Below the pieces are notes generated by a model that was not told the origin of the DNA, searched no databases, and was given only the letters and a program-made list of their open reading frames with translations. A program made the translations under genes and the position numbers. A DNA stretch of 32,000 bases from Hyperthermus butylicus DSM 5456 (GTDB taxonomy: Archaea > Thermoproteota > Thermoprotei_A > Sulfolobales > Pyrodictiaceae). How positions within the stretch are numbered: position 1 is the first letter of the stretch; each line of letters starts with the position of its first letter. Positions 1 to 13,300 of this stretch are shown here, one piece after another. The stretch spans positions 990,001 to 1,022,000 of the forward strand of contig NC_008818.1 of the NCBI RefSeq assembly GCF_000015145.1, written 5' to 3'.

Positions 1-174
1 AGGTCCGCCCATCGCTCCTCACGGGGCCGCCACTCTCCTACATACCCGGCTACAACAGCTATTATAGCTGCTGCCCGCAGCCTCCAACTCCGGGGGAGGA
101 GTGGGGCCGATGAAGCACTATGGTAGCGGGTATGGGGAGGCCAGCCGTTGACCGGCACGCCGGCCCCCGAGGCC

Positions 175-744
175 CTAGCAGGTAACCTCATCTATTTCCA
201 TTCCGTGGTTCTTGTTTATCTCGTGTTGGAGCAGGTAGAGCAGATCGCTGAGCCTATTGAGGAGACGGGCTGGAAGCTCCACTTGGCCCTGCGGGAGCCC
301 TACCTCCCATACACAGCGCCAGAATGCTCTCTCAGCCCGCCTTGTAACAGCCCTTGCAAGTGATACGGCAGCAGCTGCTGGGTGGCCCCCATTCAGTTTG
401 AACGTTGGCTCAAGGTTCTGGGAGAGCTTCTCCACCAGGCTTTCAACCCACTTGAGGTCTTCGGGGCCTAGACAGGTGCGGCCATTAATGGTGAAGCCTA
501 TACGGAAGAGTAGTTGCTGAACCTTCTTTAGTATGATGGCTATGTGTCTATTCCTCTTGTCGAGCCACTCTAGAATGCTCATTGCCAGTCCTATAGCTGC
601 TTCAGCCTCGTCGAGGGTGCCGACAAATTCTACACAAGGGTGAGACTTGGGAACCCAGCCAGCGCAGGGTACGAATGTGTAGCCGCTATCACCGAGGCCG
701 GTGGAGAGTTTTAGCCCTAGTCTTTGCTCTACTGGCACAACCAC
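175..744 (-). CDS. pduO: ATP:cob(I)alamin adenosyltransferase, PduO-type
   Basis: 189-aa ORF with LDEAEAAIGLA near the N-terminus and FKLNGGHPAAAAVSLARAVTRRAERAFWR...LNRLSDLLYLL, matching the PduO-type signature (PGG...AR...CRRAER...LNRLSDLLF). Confidence 0.85.
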   Translation of the reverse strand: MVVPVEQRLGLKLSTGLGDSGYTFVPCAGWVPKSHPCVEFVGTLDEAEAAIGLAMSILEWLDKRNRHIAIILKKVQQLLFRIGFTINGRTCLGPEDLKWVESLVEKLSQNLEPTFKLNGGHPAAAAVSLARAVTRRAERAFWRCVWEVGLPQGQVELPARLLNRLSDLLYLLQHEINKNHGMEIDEVTC

Positions 745-917
745 CGCCGTTAAAGCATTGGCCTACACGGTGGTTTTACGGGGTTTAGGGTACATCGCTG
801 TTATTTGGTGCCAGAGGTTTTGCAACTATTTAACACTTAGTATCTAACGGTTTTCAATATGTTTAAAGGGATGTTTGGCTGCGTTGGTACATGGAAGTAA
901 CGGCCAACTTTCGATGA

Positions 918-931
918 AGGTGTAGCTCGGC
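918..931 (+). promoter_or_regulatory. 14-nt leader AGGTGTAGCTCGGC directly abutting a TTG start; includes an SD-like AGGTG
   Basis: Identical 14-mer occurs at 10354-10367 directly abutting the S-layer ATG. Confidence 0.6.
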
Positions 932-3808
<2,877 letters not shown>

Positions 3809-3993
3809 CTTTTTATCACTATAGTGGGCTGTATGTCGTGTCCTCTCTAACCATAGTTTTGTTTTATTGGCGTGTGCTGCAGAGATACCATGTGGAAACC
3901 CTTTAGCCCCTCTACCCGGAATCCCAGTAAGCATATGGGGCTCCTCCTAGAGCCACCCATGAGTCCTCGGTATGCCGGGGGGCGCAGCTACCC

Positions 3994-4506
3994 TTGGAGG
4001 CTGAGACTGAGGTTACGAGTAAGCGGCAGGGCTTAGGGTTTATTGTTAGACGTGCCAGACCTGAGGATCTGCCGAAGGTTATAATGATAAACAAGGTTAC
4101 ATTGCCAGAACATTACCCCGAGTGGTTTTGGCGCGAGCATCTCGAGAAGTGGGGCGAAGCGTTCTTCGTAGCAGAGGTTGACGGAGAGGTTGTAGGCTAC
4201 GTCATGACCCGTGTGGAGTATGGGCCTCCGTTTGTTGCTAAAGGGCTCATAGTCAAGAAGGGCCATATCGTCTCGATAGCTGTGCTTGAGGGGTATCGTA
4301 GACGTGGTATAGGCAGGGCCCTTATGGAGGCTGCTATGGAGGCTTTGAAGACAAGGTATGGCTGTAAAGAGGTCTACCTCGAGGTTAGGGTCTCGAATAA
4401 CCCGGCTATAAGGCTCTACGAGAAGCTTGGTTTTAAGAAGGTGAAGGTGCTACACATGTACTATCTTGACGGCGAAGACGCATACCTCATGGCTCGCGAA
4501 CTCTAG
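3994..4506 (+). CDS. rimI: GNAT-family N-acetyltransferase, RimI/Ard1-like
   Basis: 170 aa; IVSIAVLEGYRRRGIGRALMEAAMEAL acetyl-CoA-binding motif and YLEVRVSNNPAIRLYEKLGFKKV; TTG start. Confidence 0.88.
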   Translation: MEAETEVTSKRQGLGFIVRRARPEDLPKVIMINKVTLPEHYPEWFWREHLEKWGEAFFVAEVDGEVVGYVMTRVEYGPPFVAKGLIVKKGHIVSIAVLEGYRRRGIGRALMEAAMEALKTRYGCKEVYLEVRVSNNPAIRLYEKLGFKKVKVLHMYYLDGEDAYLMAREL

Positions 4507-4570
4507 CCCCATCTAGCACCCCATGTTTATAAGTTCTAACCCGACTGTAAATCTTCACGGATTGAGTGTC

Positions 4571-5971
4571 ATGCAACACTTGAGGGTAAAGATTATAGCC
4601 TCTATAGGCCCTTCATCCGGCTCTCCCGAGGTCATACTCAGGCTTGCAGAGCTTGGTGTTAGCGGCTTCCGCATAAACTTCGCCCATGGTGAGCCGAGTC
4701 TTTGGCGTGAATGGGCTGAGTATGTTAGAGAGGCTGAACGCAAGACTGGGAGGCCGCTAGCCCTTATAGGTGACTTGGTGGGTCCTTCAATCAGGCTTGG
4801 AAGGGTGAAGAATCCGATTAAGCTTAACGCGGGAGACAGGGCTGAGTTTAGATGTGTTGAGGAGAGCGAAGGCGGAGATACGAAGATCATACCGCTGCCC
4901 GTAAGGAGGGTCTACGAGGTTCTCGATGAAGGCGACTTAATAGTCATGGATGACGGTAGGGTTAGGCTTAGGGTTCTCGAGGTATCCGGATATAGTGCTA
5001 TTGTTGAGGCATTAACACCAGCGACTATAACGTCCAGAAAGGCTATAGCTATAAGAGGTAAGGATCCGGGCCTCCCAACACTCTCCCAGCGGGATGTCGA
5101 GCATGTAAAGTTCGCCCTTGACAATGGCTTTGACTACATAGCTCTTAGCCATGTTCGCACTCGTGACGACGTTGACGCGCTTCGTCTCATCGTTCTGCGG
5201 GAGGGCGGTGACGCGGGTATAGCCGTAAAGATAGAGAATAAGTCGGCAGTAGAGAACCTACAAGACATCATTCGTGCAGCAGATCTCGTAGTTGTCGCGC
5301 GCGGAGACCTAGGGATGACGTATGGTCTTGAGGAGGTTCCAGTACTCCAGGAGCGTATCGTAGCTGCAGCTAGAAGTGTAGGTAAACCCGTCATAGTCGC
5401 TACACAGCTTCTAGAATCGATGATCGAAAACCCTGTCCCAACCAGGGCTGAGGTTACAGACGTGTATGTTGCGGTGCGGCAAGGTGTGGATGGCCTTATG
5501 CTTACCGGCGAGACAGCTATTGGACGCTACCCAATTGAAGCTATCCGCTGGTTAAGGAAGATTATTACTCGAGCTGAACAGGTACTACACATTGAACGTT
5601 ATACCCCCAAGGATAAGAGATGGGCATACGCTGCAAGCATTGTCGAGACTGCGGAGAAGCTTTCGGCCGCTCTTATTCTCGTCTATAGTATAACCGGCAG
5701 CCTACCCCCATGGATAGCGGCTTCTCGTCCGATGGTGCCTGTTGTAATCGGTACAGGCAGCCCCCAGAGAGCACGTAGGCTAGCCGTGCTGTGGGGACTT
5801 GATGTCCGCATAGTGGAGGCTGGAGGTTACGAGGAGGGCCTAGCTAAGCTCGAGGATGTGTTGAGCGAAGAGGGTTTACTATCGGAGGGCGACGTCATTG
5901 TTGAGGCTTACCGTGAAACAGAGCATAAGCAAGTAATTGTCGTTAAAAGGGTCTTTAAAGGGCTTACTTGA
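4571..5971 (+). CDS. pyk: Pyruvate kinase
   Basis: LRVKIIASIGPSS..., GVSGFRINFAHG, IAVKIENKSAVENL, DLVVVARGDLGMTYGLEEVPVLQERIV, PVIVATQLLESMIENPVPTRAEVTDVYVAVRQGVDGLMLTGETAIGRYPIEAI. The track start is 4523; internal ATG at 4571 (MQHLRVKIIASIGPSS) is the more likely start. Confidence 0.95.
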   Translation: MQHLRVKIIASIGPSSGSPEVILRLAELGVSGFRINFAHGEPSLWREWAEYVREAERKTGRPLALIGDLVGPSIRLGRVKNPIKLNAGDRAEFRCVEESEGGDTKIIPLPVRRVYEVLDEGDLIVMDDGRVRLRVLEVSGYSAIVEALTPATITSRKAIAIRGKDPGLPTLSQRDVEHVKFALDNGFDYIALSHVRTRDDVDALRLIVLREGGDAGIAVKIENKSAVENLQDIIRAADLVVVARGDLGMTYGLEEVPVLQERIVAAARSVGKPVIVATQLLESMIENPVPTRAEVTDVYVAVRQGVDGLMLTGETAIGRYPIEAIRWLRKIITRAEQVLHIERYTPKDKRWAYAASIVETAEKLSAALILVYSITGSLPPWIAASRPMVPVVIGTGSPQRARRLAVLWGLDVRIVEAGGYEEGLAKLEDVLSEEGLLSEGDVIVEAYRETEHKQVIVVKRVFKGLT

Positions 5972-6287
5972 GTCCAAGCTTTTTCAGTGCATAGTATATC
6001 GTTGACTCCGGGCGGCCTAGCTGCCTAGCTATCTCATAGACCGTTGCGCCCTTGAGATATAGCTCGCGTATTGGTGCTAGCTCCTCCTCTGTCAGCCTCC
6101 TATGTTGCCGGTACCTACCCTTCCTCCTTTTAATTCTGCCCATGGCTTCAAGCTTTTCTAGCGCCTTGTACACAGTGCTCATGCTATTGTTGCACCTCTT
6201 AGCAATCTCTTTGACCGGTACGCCGTCCTTGTAGAGCTTCTCGACTATGTCAAGGCAGTCGTTAACGGAGGGCAAGGCTTGTCCCAC
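5964..6287 (-). CDS. Small DNA-binding protein with two predicted helix-turn-helix units
   Basis: 107 aa; CLDIVEKLYKDGVPVKEIAKRCNNSMSTVYKALEKL and IRELYLKGATVYEIARQLGRPESTIYYALKKLGL look like consecutive HTH motifs. Overlaps the pyk stop by 8 nt, convergent. Confidence 0.75.
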   Translation of the reverse strand: MGQALPSVNDCLDIVEKLYKDGVPVKEIAKRCNNSMSTVYKALEKLEAMGRIKRRKGRYRQHRRLTEEELAPIRELYLKGATVYEIARQLGRPESTIYYALKKLGLK

Positions 6288-6487
6288 AAAGCCTGGGACT
6301 GCAAAAAGGGTTTTTCAGCATTCGGTTCCACGCGTCCTGTACCGATATGCGGGGCCCGGTTTCGTGGGCGTAACCTGGCTTTTCAGCGTGTGAAGGATAA
6401 CACTAAAAACCTCTAGCGAGAACGTATAGAGAGTTGACTGAGCAAGCCACATGAGCAGCCCTATGCAGTGCATGGGGTGCGTATGTC

Positions 6488-6745
6488 GTGGCTGTTGGGG
6501 AGGGAAGGGTTGTAGCCTTTGTGCTTTGTGTAACCGAGATCGGTAAGGAGTACGAGGTTGTAGAGAAGATCAAGGATATAGCGAGGCAGGTTGGCGTTGA
6601 GGTCGAGGCCTATGTAGTCTATGGTGAGTACGATGTTGCGGTAAAAATCGTAGCTGATAATCTCAAAAAGATAGACAAGGCTGTTACTATGATTAGGAGT
6701 ATACCGAGTATAATGAGGACCGTCACCCTCATAGCTGCCGAGTAG
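6488..6745 (+). CDS. Stand-alone Lrp/AsnC ligand-binding (RAM) domain protein
   Basis: 85 aa; VVAFVLCVTEIGKEYEVVEKIKDI...VEAYVVYGEYDVAVKIVADNLKKIDKAVT-MIRSIPSIMRTVTLIA is the AsnC_trans_reg fold pattern without an HTH. Confidence 0.85.
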   Translation: MAVGEGRVVAFVLCVTEIGKEYEVVEKIKDIARQVGVEVEAYVVYGEYDVAVKIVADNLKKIDKAVTMIRSIPSIMRTVTLIAAE

Positions 6746-6787
6746 GCATGGAGATTCCGTGACAATCGTGTATCCTCCTTTTTCCCG

Positions 6788-7550
6788 GTGGCTAGCTCGC
6801 ATTTATTCTCCGGGGACTTACTGTTGGGTTGGGGATTGCTTGGCCCGGGCATCCATAGCTTTTGCGGCCAGCAACTAGTTGTTGAAGAGCTGTCCAGGGG
6901 CATCTGTAGGTATCGTAGGCCTAGCGGTGCCGTCCAAAAGCTAGTACCATGTGAGGGTCTTCACGTGTATCCGCAGCCACCGGTTTATTATCCGGAACAT
7001 GTAACCAGCTATGTTATGGTCAGGTTTGAGGAGCCGATAGTAGTCGACAAGGGTGCTTCTACCAACTTTTGGGTCCACATAGACTTCGACGTCGTTGTTG
7101 TCGCGGGCTCCGAGGAGGATCCTGCAAGAGTAGTTGATGCGTTCCCGTCGACAGGCAGGGGAAAGTATGCGCTATATGGACCGCCCAACCGTGGACTACT
7201 TGCAAGGTATGTTCGTGCGCAACCGCTCATGGAGCCCGTAACCGAGCAGTGCCGTGGCCTTGCACGCGTCGTGATCGTCAACCAGGGGTTGCAAGCAGTT
7301 GAGGTTACGCGGGTTGTCTTCCCGGCGCTACACGCGCCAGTCTACTTTGATGAACAAGGCGCTGTTTACTATCCTGAGATCCGTGTGGTGGCTACAAGCT
7401 ATTTTTCCAGCCATAGTAAGCGTTTCCGACAAGCCGCCCAGCCGGGGGCTACGGAGGGCGCCGCTGCTTGCAAAACCCAGAAGCATAGTCGGCGTACATG
7501 GGGTAGGGCTTATCCGCTCCCCAAGCTACGTAATGGCTCACGGTCTATAA
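6788..7550 (+). CDS. DUF432-family archaeal protein with apparent +1 frameshift near 7402-7406
   Basis: The N-terminal part reads in frame 2 up to VVATSYF (about 7405). Frame 3 then gives PAIVSVSDKPPSRGLRRAPLLAKPRSIVGVHGVGLIRSPSYVMAHGL*, ending at 7550. The frame-2 tail is basic and low-quality in appearance. Family assignment is from memory. Confidence 0.6.
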
Positions 7551-7702
7551 CGGATTCGAGAGGCAACTCAGCATGGTGGGGTCTGGTAAAAAGAGTAGAG
7601 CCAGTCCTAGCCAGGGCACCATAAGGCATTGTGTCGCCGAGGCCTGGAGGTAAAGTAGCTTCTGAGGATTGTAGGTCCGGTTCGAGGAAGGGGCTGCTGG
7701 GA

Positions 7703-9061
7703 CTAGCTACTACATGGCTTGTAGATATAGCCTTGAAGCACTACGCCAATGCTGTAGTCCACAAAGTATGTATTGTCGTCGCCTATGAGTGCTATGCTTG
7801 TAGCTACTACCGGTAGTGGGGGGTCTGTGCGTATGTTGGCGATGCCTGCATCAGTGAGGTATGGGTTCTGGGTGTACCCCATTACTACTAGGATTTTGTC
7901 TGGTGGCGCAGTAATGTTGAACTGTACAAATACTCTGTCGTTTCTCTCATAGTATAGCACTATACCGTTGAGTAGTCGTGCTCGTAAAACTAGGAGGCGG
8001 TAGGGGAGGCTTCGATCCTCCATATTATTGTAGGCGTAGTGTATTGATAGTGTTACATCGTCAATTGTCGTATTTACTTTGAGGATACTGTATTTCTCTG
8101 CTTGGCCTAGCTCTATCCATGTGCCGTTGGGGAATACTAGCCATGCGAGCAGCTTGGACTTGAGAGTATAGTATATTGTCACCACGGCTCCTAGGCCTGG
8201 GATGTACACTATATCGTCTACGAGATAGTATTTGAACCACCAGTATCTGTTGCAAGCGTTGGTGAGGGGTGTAGTGTTTACTCCGAGGCGCTCCAGCATT
8301 GTGAGGGGCTTTGGTGTTGCCCAGCCTGTAGGGTTATTGTATATGAGGCCGCTGGCGCATATGTTGTACTCGTCTCCGTCTATTGTGCCGCTGTTGTAGG
8401 CGTCGTAGTATGCTGCAGCTAGTAGAGTGTTGAGCTTCCCCCCGGGTATGTAGCCCCGGTAGGCTTCTGGATCACTCGTTATATTGTAGACCACTGGGTC
8501 CAGGTACCAACTACAATTTGTCATGTTTGAATATATGGATGTGAGGTTTAGGCAGAGTTGTGGCTCCAAGAGTTCGGTGGCGCGTACGATCCTGCCGCTA
8601 AGACAGAGCCCTGCTTTGGTCGGGTCAATCTCGTAACTGTAAAGCCAAAGAGACTCCCCACGGACAAGTATTACGACCGGCTCATTGCATGGCAGCTCCA
8701 GCAGGGCGGTATTATTCACTACGGGGGCCCTAGCGATAGGCCTGCGGCTTGCTACGCTGTAGGCTATGACCTCAGAGGCCTTGTGGCCCATAGCTATGGG
8801 TTTTATGGTAAGCCTTACTGGGAGCACATTGTTGATGCATTCATCTGAGAGGGGAACTAGCTCCATGCGTGGCGGTACTGCTGCAGCGGCGGCGTGCACG
8901 GCAGCTCTCACGGTAGTCTTGGTAGCGGAGACCACGTATGCAGCTATTAGCGTAAGCGAGAGCGTAGATATGAGCGCGACTATAAGCGCTGATACTACGC
9001 CTCCAACACCCTTCAGCTGCAAGCCTCTATTACACCCAGTAAGGGGGCCTCTTCCAGGCAC
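7703..9061 (-). CDS. Secreted or surface protein with type IV pilin-like (class III) N-terminus
   Basis: 452 aa; N-terminus LQLKGVGGVVSALIVALISTLSLTLIAAYVVSATKTT (KG plus hydrophobic helix) as in archaeal pilins/archaellins, followed by a long N-glycosylation-sequon-rich extracellular region (NNT, NLT, NCS, NIT). Confidence 0.65.
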   Translation of the reverse strand: MPGRGPLTGCNRGLQLKGVGGVVSALIVALISTLSLTLIAAYVVSATKTTVRAAVHAAAAAVPPRMELVPLSDECINNVLPVRLTIKPIAMGHKASEVIAYSVASRRPIARAPVVNNTALLELPCNEPVVILVRGESLWLYSYEIDPTKAGLCLSGRIVRATELLEPQLCLNLTSIYSNMTNCSWYLDPVVYNITSDPEAYRGYIPGGKLNTLLAAAYYDAYNSGTIDGDEYNICASGLIYNNPTGWATPKPLTMLERLGVNTTPLTNACNRYWWFKYYLVDDIVYIPGLGAVVTIYYTLKSKLLAWLVFPNGTWIELGQAEKYSILKVNTTIDDVTLSIHYAYNNMEDRSLPYRLLVLRARLLNGIVLYYERNDRVFVQFNITAPPDKILVVMGYTQNPYLTDAGIANIRTDPPLPVVATSIALIGDDNTYFVDYSIGVVLQGYIYKPCSS

Positions 9062-9112
9062 GGCTGGGATGGGGACTAAGTCGTAACTATTGGCTGGAGG
9101 CGTCCCAGTGGG

Positions 9113-9595
9113 CTATTCGTGGCCTAGCTCTATCACGATAACCTTCTCCCTCTCGACAACCCGAAGTCCATAGCCCGAGGCGAGCCCCACGACGTAGCCT
9201 ACTAGGGGGTCTTTGCTACCGCGGAAGATGAGGACGCGGTTATAATCAACGATGCCTAAGCCTAGACGGTCGGTTATGAGGGATATCAGCTCTGAAACGT
9301 CAAGCCCAAGCTCCCTTAGCGCGGCTCCCAGGCGCTCGCCCTCAACCCTAGCCTCCCTGGTTCCGGCCCCGAGGAGGGTGCGGGGCACCGGTACGGCGCC
9401 AAGTCGGGCGAGAGCCTCGAATAACAATGCACGCCTTATGAGGCTGGGTGCGTGGAACCCCCTTTCCTCAGCCTCTGCAGCCGCCTCCACGAGGCTCCTA
9501 ACGTATCCTGATATGGTGACGCCGTAGCGGGTGGCTAGCTCCTGGAGAATCCTTGCATGCTCCTCGTCGAGCATAATGCTTTTACGCCGGGGCAA
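9113..9595 (-). CDS. Putative ribbon-helix-helix DNA-binding protein with C-terminal domain
   Basis: 160 aa; N-terminal RRKSIMLDEEHARILQELATRYGVTISGYVRSLVEAA fits an RHH pattern; TTG start 2 nt after the preceding stop. Confidence 0.6.
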   Translation of the reverse strand: MPRRKSIMLDEEHARILQELATRYGVTISGYVRSLVEAAAEAEERGFHAPSLIRRALLFEALARLGAVPVPRTLLGAGTREARVEGERLGAALRELGLDVSELISLITDRLGLGIVDYNRVLIFRGSKDPLVGYVVGLASGYGLRVVEREKVIVIELGHE

Positions 9596-9597
9596 GG

Positions 9598-10173
9598 CTA
9601 ACCAGCCGCCTTAAACCTTACAACCACGAGGCCTGGAGACTCATCACCACCATTGACGGCTAGGCCGAAACCCTCTACTACGCCAGAGACAATGGCATGT
9701 ACAAACCTCCTTATACGACTCCCAGATAGTACAGGCGATGCAACAACAATTTTTCCCGATTTACCCTCGTCAACTATGTCCACAGCCATGCCTGGCAGCA
9801 GAGCCCTCAGAACCATCGCCAAAGCGAAATTATCGTCGAGGCCCCTAGCGCGGGTAGATGCAGCAACAAGGCTGGCAAGTCTCGCAACGCTAGAGGTGAA
9901 CTCCTCTACTGCATCATCCTCTGCCCTCTCCAGGACTCGAGCAAGAGCCTCCAATGGCACCGGAGCCATACCCAGCCGTGCCACGTCTGCAAGTACGGCG
10001 CTATCAGATAGCACCGAGGCAACATCATCGCGGCTCCGGAGGATACGGACAGCCTGGCTCAGAATAGTCTCAACTAGCTCTGGAACACTCATACCAGCTC
10101 TCCTAGCAATAGGTGTAAGCTCTTCAACAAGCCGTTCACTCACTGGTATAAGCCTCCTAGACCCCTTCGGCAC
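9598..10173 (-). CDS. Putative ribbon-helix-helix DNA-binding protein, tandem paralog of 9113..9595
   Basis: 191 aa; SRRLIPVSERLVEELTPIARRAGMSVPELVETILSQAVRI plus conserved LARLG-x-xPVP-like linker (VARLGMAPVPLEAL vs LARLGAVPVPRTLL). Confidence 0.6.
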   Translation of the reverse strand: MPKGSRRLIPVSERLVEELTPIARRAGMSVPELVETILSQAVRILRSRDDVASVLSDSAVLADVARLGMAPVPLEALARVLERAEDDAVEEFTSSVARLASLVAASTRARGLDDNFALAMVLRALLPGMAVDIVDEGKSGKIVVASPVLSGSRIRRFVHAIVSGVVEGFGLAVNGGDESPGLVVVRFKAAG

Positions 10174-10353
10174 TCACAACCCACCCTAGCCGCTCAACCG
10201 TCACGCCCATACACTACTCAGACCCGGTCCATGATAAGAGGTTCCCGCTCCAACACCCATTTTACACAACACTGCATGCAAGAGTAGGCACACCCGCCTT
10301 AAACCCCCACCAACCCGCTAACACCACCGGCCGGAAAGGTAAAGCCCAGAAAG

Positions 10354-10367
10354 AGGTGTAGCTCGGC
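10354..10367 (+). promoter_or_regulatory. 14-nt leader AGGTGTAGCTCGGC directly abutting the S-layer gene ATG
   Basis: Identical to 918-931, same zero-nt spacing to the start codon. Confidence 0.6.
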
Positions 10368-13300
10368 ATGAGTAGGCTAGCCCTAAACATACTCACAATA
10401 CTCCTCATAACACTCCCAGTCATAGCTCCAATGCTACCAGTAGCAAAGGCACAGACGGTATACGCTGAGATAATAAACTGCACCAACTGTGTAAGTGTGA
10501 TTAACAACACCTATGCAGTGGTTACAATCGGCAGCGAGATAACGTTCCTAATACATGACGACGACGGCCTAACCTACAACTGGGAGAACATCACAGCCAA
10601 CATAACAGTCAACGGTGTACTTAACACTGTAAACGTAGGCTTCTACGGGATCTACGGCGACTACGTGGGTAAGCTAGTAGTCGAGCAGGTTGGCGGCCTC
10701 ATCAAGGTAAGGTACTACTACTATGACAACGCAACTGACAGCTTCGTCGACATGGGTTACCTCAACGGTACAATCACCGCTACCAACCAGACAATAGTCA
10801 TAGAGTACAAGGGTGCCAAGATAACCCTAGTGTACCAGCAACCACTAGCAACCTACACCCTAGAGATCTACGGCCGCCTACACGAAGGCAAGTACTGGCT
10901 ACCAAGGCTAGGCGATGACGGCGTAAACAACATAACAGCACTATACAACGCCCTTGGCGAGTGGAGGATAAAGGCCGACCAGCCAGTATTCACGCCCGGC
11001 AACAACTACACTGTAACACTCTACGCTAGGCTTGTAGGTGAGACAACACCACTATTAACACAGGACGTAGTATTCACGGCTAGTGACGAGTACACACTAG
11101 TACCAGCCAACGCCACCGAGGCAGAAAAGATCAAGAGCTTCCTACTAAATCTAAGCAGCGCAGTCAACCCATGGTACATTGAGGGTATAGACTTCGCCAA
11201 CCCAACAATGATGGGCGACATGCTAAAGCTAAAGGCCGAGATACAGGGCTTCGGAGAGACAGCCGAGGTAGATGCAGTAATATTCGTCAGCATAGCTAAG
11301 ATAGAAATAGACAGTGCTGGCTTCAACAACCCAGAGGTAACCATAACAGTATATGACGCTGACACCAACCTAGACACAACCGCTGCAGAGGCAACACCAT
11401 TCACATTCGACATACTAGTGAATGGCGTACCAGTAATGCAGCTACAGCTACAAGAGACTGGTGCTAACACTGGCGTATTCACAGCAACAACAAACATGTT
11501 CGACCTATACAGCTTCGGTGTCATCAGTGAGACCGACAACGTGATAGACTACAACTTCACAGAGGTACGTGTAGACGATCCATCAGCAAAAGTGATATGC
11601 TTCAGAGGTGGCAGCTTCACAGTAACCTACTACGCAGCAGAATTCAGCGTCAAGGAGGAGCAGCTAACGCTAAGGAACATCATACAGTGCTGTCCACCAC
11701 TAAAGCTAACACTGCAGATAATAGATGAGGATCTCAACCTGCCAAACCAGGAGATAGTAGCAATAGCAACACTCAATGCTGGCGACTCGCTAACCAACGT
11801 TGTTGCCTACTACTACTACAACGACCAGATAACGACTGTACCAGCACTGAACTTCTCAATGTACATGGCTGACGAGGAGGGCAACCTCTACGACCTAACA
11901 GTACGCGAGCAATTCACCATCTACTTCATCAAGGTAGCGCCTGGCGTAGTTGAAGCTAGCATAGATCTATCAAAGATCGACTGGCAGGCTACAAACGCTG
12001 CAGCTTCAGCAGCTGGCCACCAGCTAACAAAGATAGTGATAGTATACAGTGACAGGTTCAACCCGAACCTAACAATAGTCAACAAGCAGGCAGAGGTAAC
12101 ACTACAGAACGTAACCATACAGGTTGACCGTGACACCCTACCAATATCATTCAGGATCGTAAGCAGCAACAACCCACCAAGGATAGGCCTTGGTAGCTGT
12201 CCAGCATGTGCAGCCTGGGAGGTTGACACCTGGTCTGATGTATCAGCCCAGACAGTACACATAACAATCTACGACGATGGGCACAACGAGGACTGCTGTA
12301 GTGTTGACGTGATAACACCAGCAGAGATAGAGCTAACACTCTACAAGGTAGTTGACGGCCAGACAGTAGTATTCGGCAGCGGCACTGGCAGCCTAAGCAT
12401 CGACCTATACGCCATAAACGCCACTGGCCACTGGGTAGACTATGGCACATGCTACATCGAGGTAAGCGACCTGGTAGAGACTGGCTTCAACACTGGTGTA
12501 TTCACCGGCACCCTAAGCATCTACTCAGAGATCGACGTAGACCTTGACGGCACACCTGATATAACAATAGCAGGCTGTCCATCACTATGGCTGCAGGGTG
12601 CAACACTAGAGATTAAGTACACAAGCCCGGCAGTAGGCTTCGCAGTACAGAAGATAACATTCGCAACCTACACAGCCAAGCTACAGCTAAACACACACGT
12701 AGTACACTATGGCGACGAGCTAGTGATAACAGTCGAGGACCCAGATGCTAACCTTGACAGCACAATCAACGAGGCTATCAAGGCAACACTAAGCTTCTAC
12801 TGCCCACTAACAAGGACAACTGAGGAGTACACAGTCTACCTGAAAGAGACCGGCACCAACACTGGCGTGTTCGTAGGCAGCATCACCATCGACTCCAGGC
12901 TAGCAGGTCCATGCGTAGACCTCTACTGTGCAGAGCTAACAGTAACCTACGTGGACAGAACACCATTCGACGAGAACACACTGAACTACGCCGAGCAGCT
13001 ATTAAAGCAGAACCTATCAACATATGGTGTCAACGGCTTAATGATATTCAGCGAGTGTGACTGTAACAAGGTACTAATAACAGATACGATAGTAGAGCAG
13101 CCGGTCAAGGGCAGTGTGGAGGTCTACTACAAGTTCCCAGCAGGGCTAGAACAGCTAGCACCATGGAACAAGGTTTGGCAGAAGGTAACCAACGATGTAG
13201 TACCAGCCTATGAGGGCATTGAGCTCAACATAACAGTCTACGACCCTGACAGGAACAGACTCTACGATGTGGTAGACAACATACCGTACAGCAAGATAGC

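Noticed and set aside
1-130. GC-rich segment at the left edge considered as a structured RNA or tRNA
   Set aside because: No SRP, RNase P or tRNA consensus motif recognised. The - strand has a short open frame (LRAAAIIAVVAGYVGEWRPREERWAD) running off the edge, too short to call.
6461-6802. - strand 113-aa ORF
   Set aside because: Entirely antisense to the well-supported Lrp/AsnC-domain gene, with no protein-like features.
9653-10189. + strand 178-aa ORF antisense to the RHH-like gene
   Set aside because: Ser/Thr/Arg-rich translation typical of antisense GC-rich coding DNA; the - strand ORF has coherent domain structure.
11021-12450. - strand ORFs (172, 113, 99 aa) inside the S-layer gene
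   Set aside because: Antisense shadows of the 1368-aa ORF with Ser/Thr/Cys-biased composition.
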